This document shows, one piece after another, positions 32,913 to 45,998 of a stretch of DNA of 64,000 bases (its first letter is position 1; every line of letters begins with the position of its first letter). The notes under the pieces are model-generated. The model was not told the DNA's origin. It searched no databases and saw only the letters and a program-made list of their open reading frames with translations. The position numbers were made by a program, and so were the translations under genes. Location of the stretch: contig OZ316897.1 of the NCBI GenBank assembly GCA_973895155.1, positions 1,514,515 to 1,578,514 on the forward strand, read 5' to 3'. This DNA comes from Marsupella aquatica (taxonomy: Eukaryota; Plantae; Marchantiophyta).

Positions 32913-33554
32913 TTGTTATGGTTGGTCGTAGTTGGACTTTTTTTACTGTTGGCGGATTGTTGTTTCCTGCTGCTTGGGGGTGTCACTGTAAATGTACTGG
33001 GTGGGCTCAAATCTTGGCGACAAACTTTGGTGGGTATGTTGCCTTTCCTAGATCAACAGGCGCTATGTAGGATCCTCCTCCAGGTTGCCATATGGCTGGC
33101 CACTGTTTGGACTCTCCTGCATGGGTTGGTGCTAAAACATATTTTGGCACCGCCCGAGGATGCAAGAGACGATGAATCTGTGGTGAATGAGGATGCACAG
33201 TCCGAAGAGGACATCTACTTATCAGTAGATGACTTAGACAAGCACGATGTTGTAGGTGGTTCCTTGTTGCCTGATTTGGCAGATGATATAGTTCTTACAC
33301 ATGTCTGGTCGAGGGTTCTTGTGGTGCCCTACGCACAAGATATCTGCAAATATAGACTAATTAGTACCTAGTGGAGGGACTTGGTAGCAACATGTGCAAA
33401 TTGGAGGGCATTGCACCCACTGCTTGTAGGCACGGATTGAAGACCACCATGGCATGAGCAGGGTTTAGACCTTGATGACTTAATGTACATGCCTGAGTAC
33501 CTCAGGACTGAGTGGCATCAACAATAGGATTGGTATCCGTATTTGATGTGGTAG
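32913..33554 (+). pseudogene. F-box cargo gene, copy 2
   Basis: LLPDLADDIVLTHVWSRV; premature TAG at 33369. Confidence 0.75.
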
Positions 33555-33919
33555 TAAGATGAGGACATCTCACACCGGTCTCACACCCGGCACCTGTGTC
33601 TATGACTATACATGATTGGACTCTGATATGGTCATGGATGTACGTGTAGAGGCAATATATGTGAGGACAGCGGAGGAGTTGACACCCTCAAATATTTAGG
33701 AATTTTGTCTCATTCACTTGAGAATAGGTACATGACTCAGGCACCTATGTTTTTTGTTGTTTTGTTTTTTTGGAACGTTATGTTACCTCTTTTGGTAGGT
33801 GCAATTGGGGACCCTGAAATCCCGCCTGAAATCCTTAAGAGGGAGTGTATGTATTTTTCACTTGCATAATAAAATGATAGGGCATTGAGTGCGTGTGTAT
33901 AGTGATGGCTACAAGGTTG

Positions 33920-35901
33920 CCTCTTCACAACCCATTTAGGATTAGGCATCATGATTCTAAATTGTGGATGCGTGAACAAGCCCGGACCGCCCAAGGTAGA
34001 AGTAGGAGGATAGATGCCCATGCACACAATGCCAAGGATTCAAGTTATTGATTTTGAACACTGTTCACCTTCACCTACTGTGACATGAAAGGCATCCTTG
34101 GTGGAGGGTTTGGAATGTACCAGCAGAAGAAGACTCCTCTGATGAAGAGTGGAGAGTTGACTATGTGGATTCTAATACAGCTAGATGTAGAGACTCCGTA
34201 GAGCAAGACATAGACGGTGCACAAGATGGTCCTGGGGTACAACATGACAACATGGATGACCAAGATGGAGATGCAAAAGTCACTAAGGACAGTGGGATGG
34301 ATGTCCCAAGAATGGTTCAAGAGATTTTTGAAGACCTTGATGCTTTTTACGACATAGTGGAATAGAAGAGGACAATGAACCGCAACCACACATTGGAGAC
34401 GGCCCACCTGAACCTGACTTTGACATTGGGGAAGGTGTAGAAGAGAGGGAGTGGGTGTTTGAGGGCCCAAAACACATCAAAGAAGCCTACATTCCTATCT
34501 ATGAGGGGTTGAATTGCTCCAAGCTAGGTTTTGTTGTGTTGTTGTTGAACATCTGTGGCAATCACAATGTTTTCAATATATTTGTGACAGAGTTGTTGAC
34601 CTTCCTGTGCAGAAATGTGTTACCAGATGAAAATTCAATTCCAAAAAACATGTACGAGACTAGGAAATTGATGTCTAACCTTGGGTTGAACTATGTGTCC
34701 ATCCATGCATGCCCTGATGGGTGTGTTCTCTTTTGCAAAGAGCATGCAGATAAATTGACATGCCCTCATTGTGGTAAGCACAGGTACAAGAATATAGGGA
34801 AATGTACACATCCTGCCAAGGTTCTTCGTCATTTTCCTCTCATTCCTAGACTACAACGTCTGTTTAGATGCCCTGCCATTTCCAAGCTGATGACATGGAC
34901 ACCTGATAACAAGAGTAGTGATGGCCTCCAGCGTCACATTGGAGATTCCAACCATTGGAAATTTGTTGATGAGAGGTGGCCGCAATTTGTTGCAGAGAAG
35001 CGGAACTTTCGATTTGGTCTATCACTGGATGGAGTAAACCCATTTGGAGACAAAAACAACCATTATTCATGTTGGCCAGTTACGCTGCTAAATTACAACC
35101 TTCCCCCATGGATGACTACAAAGAGGTTTTTGTGATGATGGTGTTGCTAATCCCTGGACCAACTTCTATGATCGAGCAATTCATAGATATCATGTTGGCT
35201 CCAACAATGGAAGAGTGGAAGACTTTGTGGATAGAAGGGGTGTTAACCCATGATGTTCTAAAGGGGCTCCTTCGACCCAACCCTTTTAGACTACATGCAA
35301 TTTGTTTGCTGGATATAGGAGATTACCCAGGCTATGGCATCATATCTGGACGAGTGACAAAAGGCTATGTGGGGTGCACACCATGTGGGAAAAATGTGAC
35401 AAGTGAGTGGTCACATGCCCTGCACAGTATGAAATTTCAGGGGCATAATTGGAAGGTATTTGCTTGCCGATCATCCTTACAGGCACACACGGTCTCAAAT
35501 TGCACACTTCAACAACAAAATTGAGCTTCGTGGACCACCACAGAGGGTCACCAGTGAACAAGTCTTGAGGTGGGCAGCCAAGAAGGCTGACTGGGACAAA
35601 AGAGGTGCCACTAATCGAGAACCTGAGGATCCAATGGTGAAACATGATGTGAAATGACAGACCTTGATGGACTTGGAGTTGGAGTACTGGAGGGTAATGT
35701 ACTGAACCTCCAGCCCCTGCATGATTGCAATTTTAGATTGGAGCAATGGTGGATTGATGTTGGTTGCAAACCTCCTATTTGGTTAATTAGTGTTTCTGTT
35801 GTTGAATTCTTTGCTTTGTGGAGTGCAGGGTTTTGAGCCCAGCAAACACAATGTGGACGTCATGCACATTGAGAAAAATATTTGTGAGAGCTTGCTGAAG
35901 T
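33920..35901 (+). pseudogene. CACTA Tnp2/TnpD transposase (Transposase_21), decayed and 3'-truncated
   Basis: IHACPDGCVLF, CPHCGKHRY, KVLRHFPLIPRLQRLF, LSLDGVNPFG, YSCWPV.LLNYNLPPW, IGDYPGYG and HNVDVMHIEKNICESLL. Confidence 0.95.
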
Positions 35902-36090
35902 CACTAGAAGAAACTGGGCCATTTTGAGACCCTGCCTTAAGTGACTCCATTGAGACCTTCCAAATTTTGTGACTCCTAGGTTGTTTGTGTCATTTTAGTT
36001 ACAAGTACGTGTTGGACTGAGTTTTGGAGAATTCTTGGGAAGTCATTTCTATAACTATTGTGGAAGTTGCAACTATAACTAAGTTTAGCC
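35902..36090 (+). mobile_element. CACTA terminus inserted into the copy-2 transposase
   Basis: CACTAGAAGAAACTGGGCCATTTTGAGACCC; similar to the termini at 19290 and 61393. Confidence 0.75.
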
Positions 36091-37090
36091 AACAAGAATG
36101 AATTTTGTTAAGTCCCTCACATACCATTTGGGATATATCATCATTTTCTTAGTTTACCTGGATATTCTACTCGTGAGGTATGCCTTCATTTTCTTAGTTT
36201 ACCTAGATATTCTACTCGTGAGGTATGCCTTTAAAAGAGTAAGATAAAGGGGAACATTGGGAAGAGACCGACAGGCCACATGGGGGAACGGTAGCGAGAA
36301 AGGAGGGGTGGAGCTTGATGGTCGCCAAATATTCAAACAGGGTCGCCTTCCTTGATTTGCAAACTTTCACTTAGGACGTAGATTAAAGCATTAGACTGCG
36401 AGCTTCAATCGCTATGGAAAAGTAGGTTTTTGCTACATGGCCGAGGAGGTTTAACCCAGGTTAATGGTAGACTCAACCTTGGGTTGTAACACTCCCCCTT
36501 GGTTGTACTATGGAAACATGTTATGGTGCAACCAACAAGTCTACCATATATGTGGAGTGTAATTGTTGTATCTTTAAGATATGGCCTAATGAAAAGGAGA
36601 AGAAATTTGGGGGGGATGTACCCTCATTAAAACCTCCTCTACTTTCTTTTGGGAGGATAGAGTGTTACCATCCCTCCTATTCTATAGTATAATGTAATTG
36701 GTTTGTGAGGTAAAGTTTAGTAGACTATGTGGTCTTTAGGCTCTTTTGAGGTGATTGAAGTGTAAACGTAAGTAGAATGTGTAAACTAAGGTAAGTGGTG
36801 TATGGGTCCTATTTGGCCAAGTTAGGTTGTTGTAAAGCTAGTCGTAGTTGATGGGGGATGGGCATAGTCGGAAGGAGTCGATCCTCCTGCTCGTTGCCGT
36901 CCCTTGCTTTTGCTCAAGCCGAGGTACTTTGTACTGTCGAAGAAGAATTTGGCAATCTCGTTGTCTCGACAGAACTTGCTTTGGAACGGGAGGTTGAAGT
37001 CGCCGTTGTAGTGAGAGCGCCCGGCTAGACAGATGAGTCGTTTGTACTGTCTTTTGGTTTTGTACCGGCGCGGGTTGAATTTGGCCAACA

Positions 37091-37637
37091 ACTTTGCTAG
37101 ATGATTTCCAATGGATAAAAATTGAAGCCAAAATCGAAGGGCCAAACTAGACATAATTGTGACAAACATACAGGGACGACGGTGGATGACTAAGGAGCAA
37201 ATGGGCGAGCTGGGATCAAAGCTGGCGCGAGGAGTGAAGTGCTGATGCAATGCAAGAGAATGACTTGCCTTTTATACCCTGAGGGCTCGTCGGCCAATTG
37301 GCCAATCCTCCTTTCTAATAGGCTGATACTTTCATGCTTGTAGTGTACCGACCACTCCACAGGTCTGGATCAGGACGTGTCAAAGAGCCGCCTCCTCGAT
37401 TTGTTATACAGACCCAAGGGAGACATCCATAACACGCTCGTAAACCAGTAGTACGGATGGCGCTCCGCCGCCAGCCCAAGCGTAAATGCTTCTTATTGAC
37501 TAATGATGTCCTATTCATGATTACTACCTACTTTAGTGTCGTTATGCTAATAACTACGGACTACTAAGTCCATAGCGCGCGTGCTAAGCATGGATTAGGC
37601 CGGATTACTCATTACCCGTTGTGCTGGCGGTGTCACA
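37091..37637 (-). mobile_element. LTR-like repeat (family 2), copy 2
   Basis: The minus strand begins TGTGACACCGCCAGCAC. Diverged homologue of 26260-26807. Confidence 0.7.
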
Positions 37638-38159
37638 GGCATGTTTTACAATTTGATGCAAATGTTTTGGAGCCCCATTTTCCAAATGAAATAGTACAGT
37701 ATCATCGTTTGGAGCTTCTCCAAGCAACCTTTGAGTAGCAATGTGATGTGAAATTGACACTTCCTGTAATCATAGTGCCAACATTGGATCAGAGGCGCAA
37801 AGCTGACAAGCAATAATGTGAGAAGTTTGAAAAAAGTATGACATGAATGGACTCCACAGTTAATTGGAAGGGTTTTGAAGGGCTGACCACTGATTGGTCA
37901 TGAACGAACATAGTTTTCTCTAGCTTGCAGCCAATTCTAACATGCAATTGATACGCGCAGTGAGGCATCATATCGCCCCCTTTTCTAGTCATTTTTAGGG
38001 TTGATACGCGTAGTGACGCATCATGTCGCCCCCTTTTCTTGTCATTTTTCATGCCTGGTAATTGGAAGCGTCGATAGGCAATTGCTTTCATATTAAAATA
38101 ATAATAATGTTTAGTTATTTTTGGAATTTCCAAAGTTTGGTTTCCTTAAATTGGGGTTC

Positions 38160-41100
38160 AACGGCTTGCTTGACCTGTTGGTGGATTTCTTTGGGATGCG
38201 CTCCCTGTGCTGCTTCCCCATGATGCATGTATCACATACATGCTCCTCAAATGGCAAATTAGGCACACCTTTAGCCAATCCCTTGGATGACATCTTGTGT
38301 ACGGGGTTGTGTATTCGGTGGAAGTTAACATGACTGAGCCTACAGTGCCATAGTACCAATGGAGAAACAACACTTTGTGTTTCACTGTAAATGTTGCTTG
38401 TAGATATGTTGCTTGTAGATATGTTGCTTGGAGAGCCATACTAAGTACTACTAACTTGTTTGTAAGCAGTATCAACCAATGTGAAATGTACTTTCAAGTA
38501 TAGTTTGGTGTTGACGAGGAGAGACGTGTCAAGACGATACAAACTATTGTGCTTATCCCTAGTTGCCCTCAAAAAAATCTTGTTGGGGTCTTCTTTATCT
38601 TGAACATAGCAATGTTGGGAATTAAATAGCACAATGTGGCCTTCATCAGTCAGCTGGCCAACTGACAATAGATTGCAAGTCATACCAGGCATGTACAAAA
38701 CTTTGGTAACCACTTTATTTCCACTGAATTTTGTGGTGCCTCTGCCAACAATGGGAATGCATGCACCAGAGGTTGTAGTTACATTGGAGGATGAAGCATA
38801 TGGCACTATACGGCTAAGAGTACTCCTATTGCCAGTCACATGTGTACTGGCACCTGAGTCAACTAGCCAATCATGACTAGCTCTGAATTTTGTGAGATTT
38901 ACCTCTAAAGTGCTACTGTGTCAAACACTTGTCAAGGAGCTTAAGCAACTTTTCTCCCCAAAAGACTACCTAATACCTGCTCCATATCATACCAGGGTCA
39001 CAAAGGATTGACAAAACTTTTGAAATGTGCCTACAATGACTAATCACTCCATACATAAGTAGTTTCAACTCTTCACTTCTAGAGAGGTAGTCCCCTTGAC
39101 TACTTTTGTACTCACACCCTTCCCCTCTCCTCTACTCCAAGGATCAGCAAGGGGGATCTCCGCTCCAAGCTGTCATCTTAGAGAAGAGTCTCACACAAAT
39201 ACCCAAGAACCCAAAGGACTTTCCTCTTCAAACTTAAGTCTCCTCAAGACCCTCAAAGTAGTGTTACTAACCCCTCAACCTTGCCCCCTGGCCTTGGTTT
39301 GGGTTCACACATCCCCTTTGAGCTCGATCTAGAGAAGGCTCTTCTATCTAAGGACTCTTCCTCTTGTACTTACTTTTTGTTAACACCACACACCAAGCTT
39401 GACCTGGGGTCCAACTACTCCTTCCCCAAGTCCTCCTCACACACAAAGTCCAACTCTATAGTTCGTAGCCCACCCTACAACCTATTGTTTGGCCTCCTTC
39501 CAAGCCTTGGAATATGCCACACATGAGTTGCATGCTTTGACCTCCAAACCTACTCCCACTTATGGTCCTCCTCACCAGCTTCCCAACCCACTTGAAAGCT
39601 TGCAGCAAAAGAGTGAGTGAGTCTCAAGTTGTGCCTAGTCAAAGTTGGTCTTATTTTACTTGTAACCCCTTTACTACCCTAAGTAAACTACCCCCTATAC
39701 TTACTTTTCTTAACTTGATGGCCTTACACCTTTGACCAAAGGTAAGTACCCTTCCCTAGAGCCTAACTAAAGTAGTATGGGTGCAAGAAAGGTCAGCCCC
39801 TAAATCTGGTAGTCATTCCCCTATGCCAACTTTGGTTTGCAAGCTATCGGGACCCCCTCATGGCCTCGGCTAAAAATGTATTTGAGTGATTCTTTTCCTG
39901 GGTTTCCACCTTCACCAAGGGGTGCCTTACCTTCCCCTAACTCAACACAAAAAAATTGGGCCCCAACGGATACTCCTAGCCAAAGTTATGTCCATTCTCC
40001 CAAGGCCTGTTTTTGGTGTAAAGTGAGTGTAAGCGGCGACCCGATTACACTTACCTTACACGCCCCTTATGGAGATTTCAGGTGTCACCAGGGGAGACTC
40101 TCGTGCTTATGAAGGGAATTGTATTTACTAAGGGAGAGAGAGAGAGAGAGTGGCTCGGTTCACAAGAGGATTGTCCAGCAGCATGTCAATCCTCCATAGC
40201 TCTAATTCTCCAACAGCCAGAATAGCTACTTCTCCAACAGCCATAACTCGCAGCTCTTCAATTCATGAGCAACGACAGCCTACATCTAGCCATAGCTCAC
40301 AGCCCACCTAGTCAATTTCACAGCTAGCCCACCTCTTCAATTTCACAGCTAGCAGCACAACAGCAGATTCGAAGCACAGCAGCAGCCATAGCTTGATTCC
40401 TTCTCAGCAACTAGCTCTATTCCAATCACTCAGCCAAGCAGGTCTCTCTTCTCAATTTCATAGCTGCCCACCTCTGCAATTTTGCAGCTAGCAGCAATCC
40501 TATTTTGCAGCCATAGCTCTTCAATTCGCAGCAACAGCCCTCTTCCTTGTTGATCCGCTACTACATTCAATCAATTCTTGTGCAGCAGTCCATCTGATCA
40601 GTTGCCAGCCCTTCAATTTTGTAGCCCACCATAGCTCACAGCCAGCCAGCCATCTCTTGATCAGCAGCAACCCATTTTCTCCATAGCACGCAGCTTGATT
40701 CCAATCAACAGCATCAAGACGACCAGCCAATTCTGATCAACATCCCATGCCTGAAGCTATAGCAGCTCAATTCAATTTCGTAGCTGCCTCTTGATCCCAA
40801 TTCGAAGCAAGCATCTCATGTATTGACCCTTATGGTGTTCCTGACCTCGTGCTTGAGTCGCCCTAGCCTCGTGCTTAAGTCGTGGTCACCGCCGACGAGG
40901 TTGACACTTAGAAAAAATTTCGGATTTTTTTGTTGGGAAAACAATACTTCCAGGCCGTTTTGGACCGCCCCCAAAAATCACACATGAGTCCAAAATGACT
41001 TCTGAGTAGATCTAAAGATTCTCTAGACATAGGACTATGTTATGGTTTACTAATATCTAGACAAAACCTTGTCACCAATTTTCTAAAATTAGGTAAAGTG

Positions 41101-43025
41101 GGTTAATTATTATGTTTTCCAAAATTCTTCTCAACTTTGAGATGCTCCCAAAAAGTAACCAAAGATACCCAGGTTCTACCACAAGTTCCAAGGGATAGAG
41201 TGGACCATATTTAACCCACTTCCAAACTTGGAACTCCTAAATTTACTCATCAGCTATTTTTCCCGGGACCCGCTATTTTGTTAATTTAAGTCATACCAAA
41301 CACAAGGAAACCCTAGGTTGAGACCCCACTTGACATCTAACTTTTTAGGGGTGCTCTAGGGACCTCCTAGCATCTATGGGAAAAATCTGAACCAAAACTA
41401 AGACTTCAAGTGTCGGGTTGTTTCTCCGGCTCGGAATAGTCGCCTATTCTAAATAAGGACGGAACGTTGTATGCCCCATCATAAAGATCTTTCTTATCCC
41501 TTGTCACTTGCTTACAACTCAGTAACCTTCCATTCCATTATCTTTCCTATTCTACCTACTTAAGTTCCTAAAACCTAGTTACTCCAATAGCACTTAAAAC
41601 ATCTTTCTTACTATTCCTTGTTCAAAAAACAAAAAAATGACAACTTTCTTACATAAACCTATATCGAGCCATTCCACATACTGTCAAGATTACCGTAAGA
41701 CTCACACTCTTCAGGCTCCACAGTTTCCAAGGCTACGTTTTGATTTGCATGGTGCATTCCCTTCTTGATGTCAGCGTGCTTCATTTGTAGACCCTTGTTT
41801 GGCTCTCAATCTTCTTCAGGCATTCTCCTTCCCAGTGACCAGAGAACCCACAAAAGTTGCATGCTTCTTGCTTTTTGAGACCAGAGGAAGATGCACTCCT
41901 TCCCCGTCCACGAAAGCTATTCCTGCCTCTGCCATGTCCACAAAATAGGCTGCCACAATTGCTACTATGGCTTGTCATCAACGCTTCTTCAGTGTCCTTG
42001 CTCTGTAGAGCACGCTGCATTTCTTCTGCTTCAAGATGACCAATAAGATTAGAGAAAGACAGAGTTGGGAACTGATGGAACAAAGTGCCAAAGGACATAA
42101 TAAATGGTTTCCAACTCTCAAGCAATCCCTTAAGAGTAGTGCGGATGAGCTCTTTGTCCTCGATGACAAAATTAATGTCGACAAGCTACATCACCAGGTT
42201 GTCAATCTCCCAAATATACTCCTCTACACCCCTCAAATATTTGCATCCTCGACAACTTGTCCCTAAGAATAAATTGCTTGCCCATGGCTGCAGATTTGAA
42301 TCGGGCTTTCAACTGCAGGCATATCTTGGCAGGATCGTCGATGTATTTCTTTATGATGGGAAAAATGTGATCCTTAACTGTCTGCAAAAAATATAGATTG
42401 CCCTCTCTTTCTTCTGTTCGATTTGCTCTGGCGTGAGCTGCATTGGCTTGGTCGGGTCAGGGCTGACCAGCTCAAACCAAACCTTGTCCTTGCGGAACTA
42501 CCGCTCCACTTTGAACGCCCAACCAATGAAGTTCTTGATGCCATCGAGCTTATCCTTGTCTGATTAGATGAGGCCTTTGTCAATGTTGTAGTGGACATTC
42601 TGTGCTATAAGAGGTCCACTGCTCTGCAATGTTTGCTGTGAGCTACTGCTTGGCGATGCTGCTTGGGAGCCACTGCTCTGCGACGTTCGCTGTGGCCGCC
42701 AGCCATCCTGCTCAGTACAGAGTGTAAATGGGAGATTCGCACCAGCAATTGTGCATTGGCAGGCCTGGCTCTGATACCATGAAATTTGATAAGCTTTCTT
42801 AGCGAATAACCAATGTACAGAAGGGAGAGCCCTTAAGGATTAGCTGACAATGGAATGAATGGCACAGCCATAAGCATGGGATTAATCTGACCGTAAAATG
42901 AATTAGCCCTAAATCTAACTGTAATAACAAATATACAAGCCGGTCCAAGTAATGCCAGGGCAGAAGGGGATATGGCCCGGGAACAGGGAAGCCGAAGATG
43001 GAGCCTGGATGAATGTCAAAACTCA
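38160..43025 (-). mobile_element. Ty1/Copia relic (5' LTR, PBS, gag, protease, GAG-pre-integrase), 3'-truncated and split by a solo LTR
   Basis: PBS TGGTATCAGAGCC (42779-42767). Gag with CNFCGFSGHWEGEC. Protease WLVDSGASTHVTG. LWHCRLSHVN...CDTCIMGKQHR. Outer LTR edge is approximate. Confidence 0.9.
38919..41678. mobile_element. 2760-bp solo LTR with 5-bp TSD
   Basis: TGTCAAAC...ATTCCACA flanked by TACTG on both sides (38914-38918, 41679-41683). No coding domains. Confidence 0.92.
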
Positions 43026-45853
43026 ATAATATTGACCCCCATATGGAAAATTGTACAATTGCAAAGGAGACCTTATGGATTTGATTGTACTTTCAAGTTC
43101 TGTGCTCATGTGTGGTTGGACCTCGCGACATTTCTATTATTTTTGTCACGCTCTGCTTTGCACCAAGACCATATAGCTTATAATGAGAAATAAAAATAAG
43201 AGAGGAATAAGAGGGCAAGGACCATAATGAGTGAACGCATAACCTTAAAGAGTACCCTTAGGTAGTGTACATAAACTATCTGCTTAGCCATATGTGATTG
43301 CTTGGATGGAATCATTGTTGACAAATAGAAGAACTTGCATAGGTTACAATATGCCAAAGAAACCAATTGCCTAACCATACAAGTCTGCTGTAGGAGTAGT
43401 TGAAAGGAAAAGCTTTTCCAATTTCAACTTTGTGATTGAAAGAAAATTGCTCCTAAGTTTCTGACAAAAAGAAGAAGAAAACCTCTTGTTGTTGATGTGT
43501 GGTCTTGATTATAGTTGTCTTATCTTGCAACAGGCAAAAACTAACTTGCCCTTGAAAAGTTAAGAAGTCACCCAACTACCCTTGTTTCAAAGTCAATTAC
43601 TAGAGTGCCTTAGTTTCCATACTACCATGAATGCCCAAGCTTTGCCCATAAATAAAGGGTGGCTACCTTCATGCTAATTTGTTCACTCCCAACATTAGAT
43701 GTGCCCCAAGAGTCATAGGGTAAAGGTTTCACTCAAGACTTTGCTCACTCCCAACCATCCCTTTGTCCCCAAAAGCCATGTACTAGAAGCTTCACTCTAG
43801 ACTGTACATGCTTTTTTAGATCAATATCAGGATCACAATCCAAAGGAAACTGCTATTCGGTAGCTGTCCCCCTCCCATTGTGGTCTAGAGTTCTAGACTT
43901 TGTTCAGTCCCAACAGCCACTTTGTCCCCAGAGCTCATACTGATACGTTACATTCCCAACCGTCACAAACGTATCTCACCAGACCACCATCTTCTACACT
44001 CTACCCTGCACCAGATATTTCTCACCAGAGCATTGTGTCCATTTCTTACACTCTGATGGACCGAGTACAATCTCCATCCGAGGGCAAGTTGTGCTACAGT
44101 TGGCATTATGCCCTCACCACTAAATGGAATTGAAATATTTATGAACTGTAATGTATCAGTATGAGCTAACTGAAAGCAATAATGAAAAAGGGCTTAATGC
44201 ATATTTAGTTTGAAATGGGGTTGATGTGGCAAGTTTGCACTTGTTTAGGGGCAGGCTACTCAAAGCCTGTATCTTGGCACCAAGTCCATTTGGTGGGGAC
44301 TATTGATAGAGAGAAGTGCCAGATTTGTTGTTTTGTACTGTTTTGGTAGTCATGGAAAAGAAAGCCCTGGCTTGTTTTGGGAGGCATCAGAGCCTAGAAT
44401 GTACTAGAAACAACGGTGTTAGGGTTGCTGTGCTCTTGTGTCCATTCAACAAAGCTTTGATGGCAAATTTACCTTTCTGCTTCAGTTTTTCATTTGTTCC
44501 CATGAGTTCTTTTTGCATCTTGTGATGCCCATGAAACCTCTTGATGCTTGGACTTTTTTCATGAAAGAAGCTGGAGTGTCATTTCTTGTTCTAGAAGTGG
44601 ACTCCAAGCCATAAATCTTTTTAAATGAACTATGACAATTACAAACCCCTTGAATGACAGAGCCAAATTTGCAAATGTTTGGACCACACTTGGGGGTGCT
44701 CCAAATGGTTAGACAAAATAAGCACTCCGCATCCGCATATACTTGGGCTCAGTCCTTGCCATGTAGGATTGGTAGATTGGTAGACATGTACCTGAATGGG
44801 CCCCCCGAGTGCTTGTAAATAGCCATTTCCACTCATTGTAGAGTCCAAGCTTAATCAATAGGGGAGAAAAGCAAGGCAATGGGCCCCAGTGCCTTGTCAA
44901 GCCACACTAAGTCAAAAACCTAAAAAAGTGGGGGAAAGGGGGCTATTTGTACTCCCACACTTTGGGTAATAGAGGGTGTCAATGTTAAACCCGGGGAACA
45001 TTTCATGGGCAAGCCTTATTTGCTGTAGAGAGTCCGGCTATCAAAGTGGCAAACAGGTCAAGAGGGGGCAAAACATTTTTTGGCCTACTATTGACGTTGG
45101 GTGGGCCTTGGTTTGCAACAGAGTGCTTGCATTGATGCAAAGTACTCTCCCAAAACTATTACAGGCTACATGAAAATTTCACATGCGACTCTTGTAGGGC
45201 AGGGCTAGGTTGACCCGTAAGCTTGCTGCTTGTGTCCAGTCCGAACCTACTGAGGGACATCCATAGTGAGGTATGATAGTACCTTTGAGATGCCCTAGTA
45301 GTGGAGGGTTAAGGGCTGATGGAATGGTGCCCCAACCCTCTTGATTGTAATATACACTAGGGCGTCTCATAAACGAAAAAATCTGGCACCTCACGGGGCC
45401 GGCAAGGCAGTCGGGAGCACCACAACAGGGTACAAAGGGGCAATTATTTTTGGGGGTATGGAAAAATGAGCCGCCTCACGACACATTGAATGCTATTGTG
45501 TTTATTGTGAAACGGGGCCTTTTATGGTCCCGGGCATGACTGGTTAGTTCTCACAATCGGTGCCCGACTAGTCATGATTGTTGTCCGGAACCACAACACG
45601 TCCGGGCGCAATCAAAGAAGAAGAATGGACATATTTGAGATGCCCTACTACAATACTCAAAGTACTCTCCCGTAATGCTTGCCGGCTGCAGGAAAATCCA
45701 GCTGCGGGGCAGGGCTAGGGTGACCAGTAAGCTTTCTGTCCGAGTAAGTACGGACATCCTTAGTCAGGTATCAGGAGAATCTTTGACAAGCCCTAGCATT
45801 GTAGATTAGGGTTGATAACAAGGTTGGATGTAACGACAAGAAGCGGGCAAGGT

Positions 45854-45861
45854 TAGGGTTT
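45854..45861 (-). promoter_or_regulatory. Telo-box (AAACCCTA) upstream of RPF1
   Basis: TAGGGTTT about 140 nt upstream of the ATG. Telo-boxes are typical of plant translation and ribosome-biogenesis gene promoters. Confidence 0.5.
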
Positions 45862-45998
45862 AAGGATCCAGTCTTGGTGCTCACTATTGTTTGCTCTTGC
45901 AAAGTGTCGTTGAGAGGCGGGACGGTGGCGATGGCACGGACGTGCTCCTCTTGATTACAGAGTAGAGAAACTTTCATTTGGACGAGGAGAAGGGCTTG

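Larger units (their letters stand above)
28860..35901 (+). mobile_element. CACTA/EnSpm copy 2: decayed cargo array plus Tnp2 transposase
   Basis: Inverted homology to 620-3830 and 13183-14750, followed by Transposase_21 coding sequence. Confidence 0.85.

Noticed and set aside
620-33735. Host segmental inverted duplication or giant hairpin
   Set aside because: Each arm is attached to its own CACTA transposase and carries independent insertions, which fits two transposon copies.
26260-37637. One LTR element bounded by 26260-26807 and 37091-37637
   Set aside because: The repeats are substantially diverged, no TSD, PBS or PPT was found, and the interior is CACTA sequence. Independent insertions are more likely.
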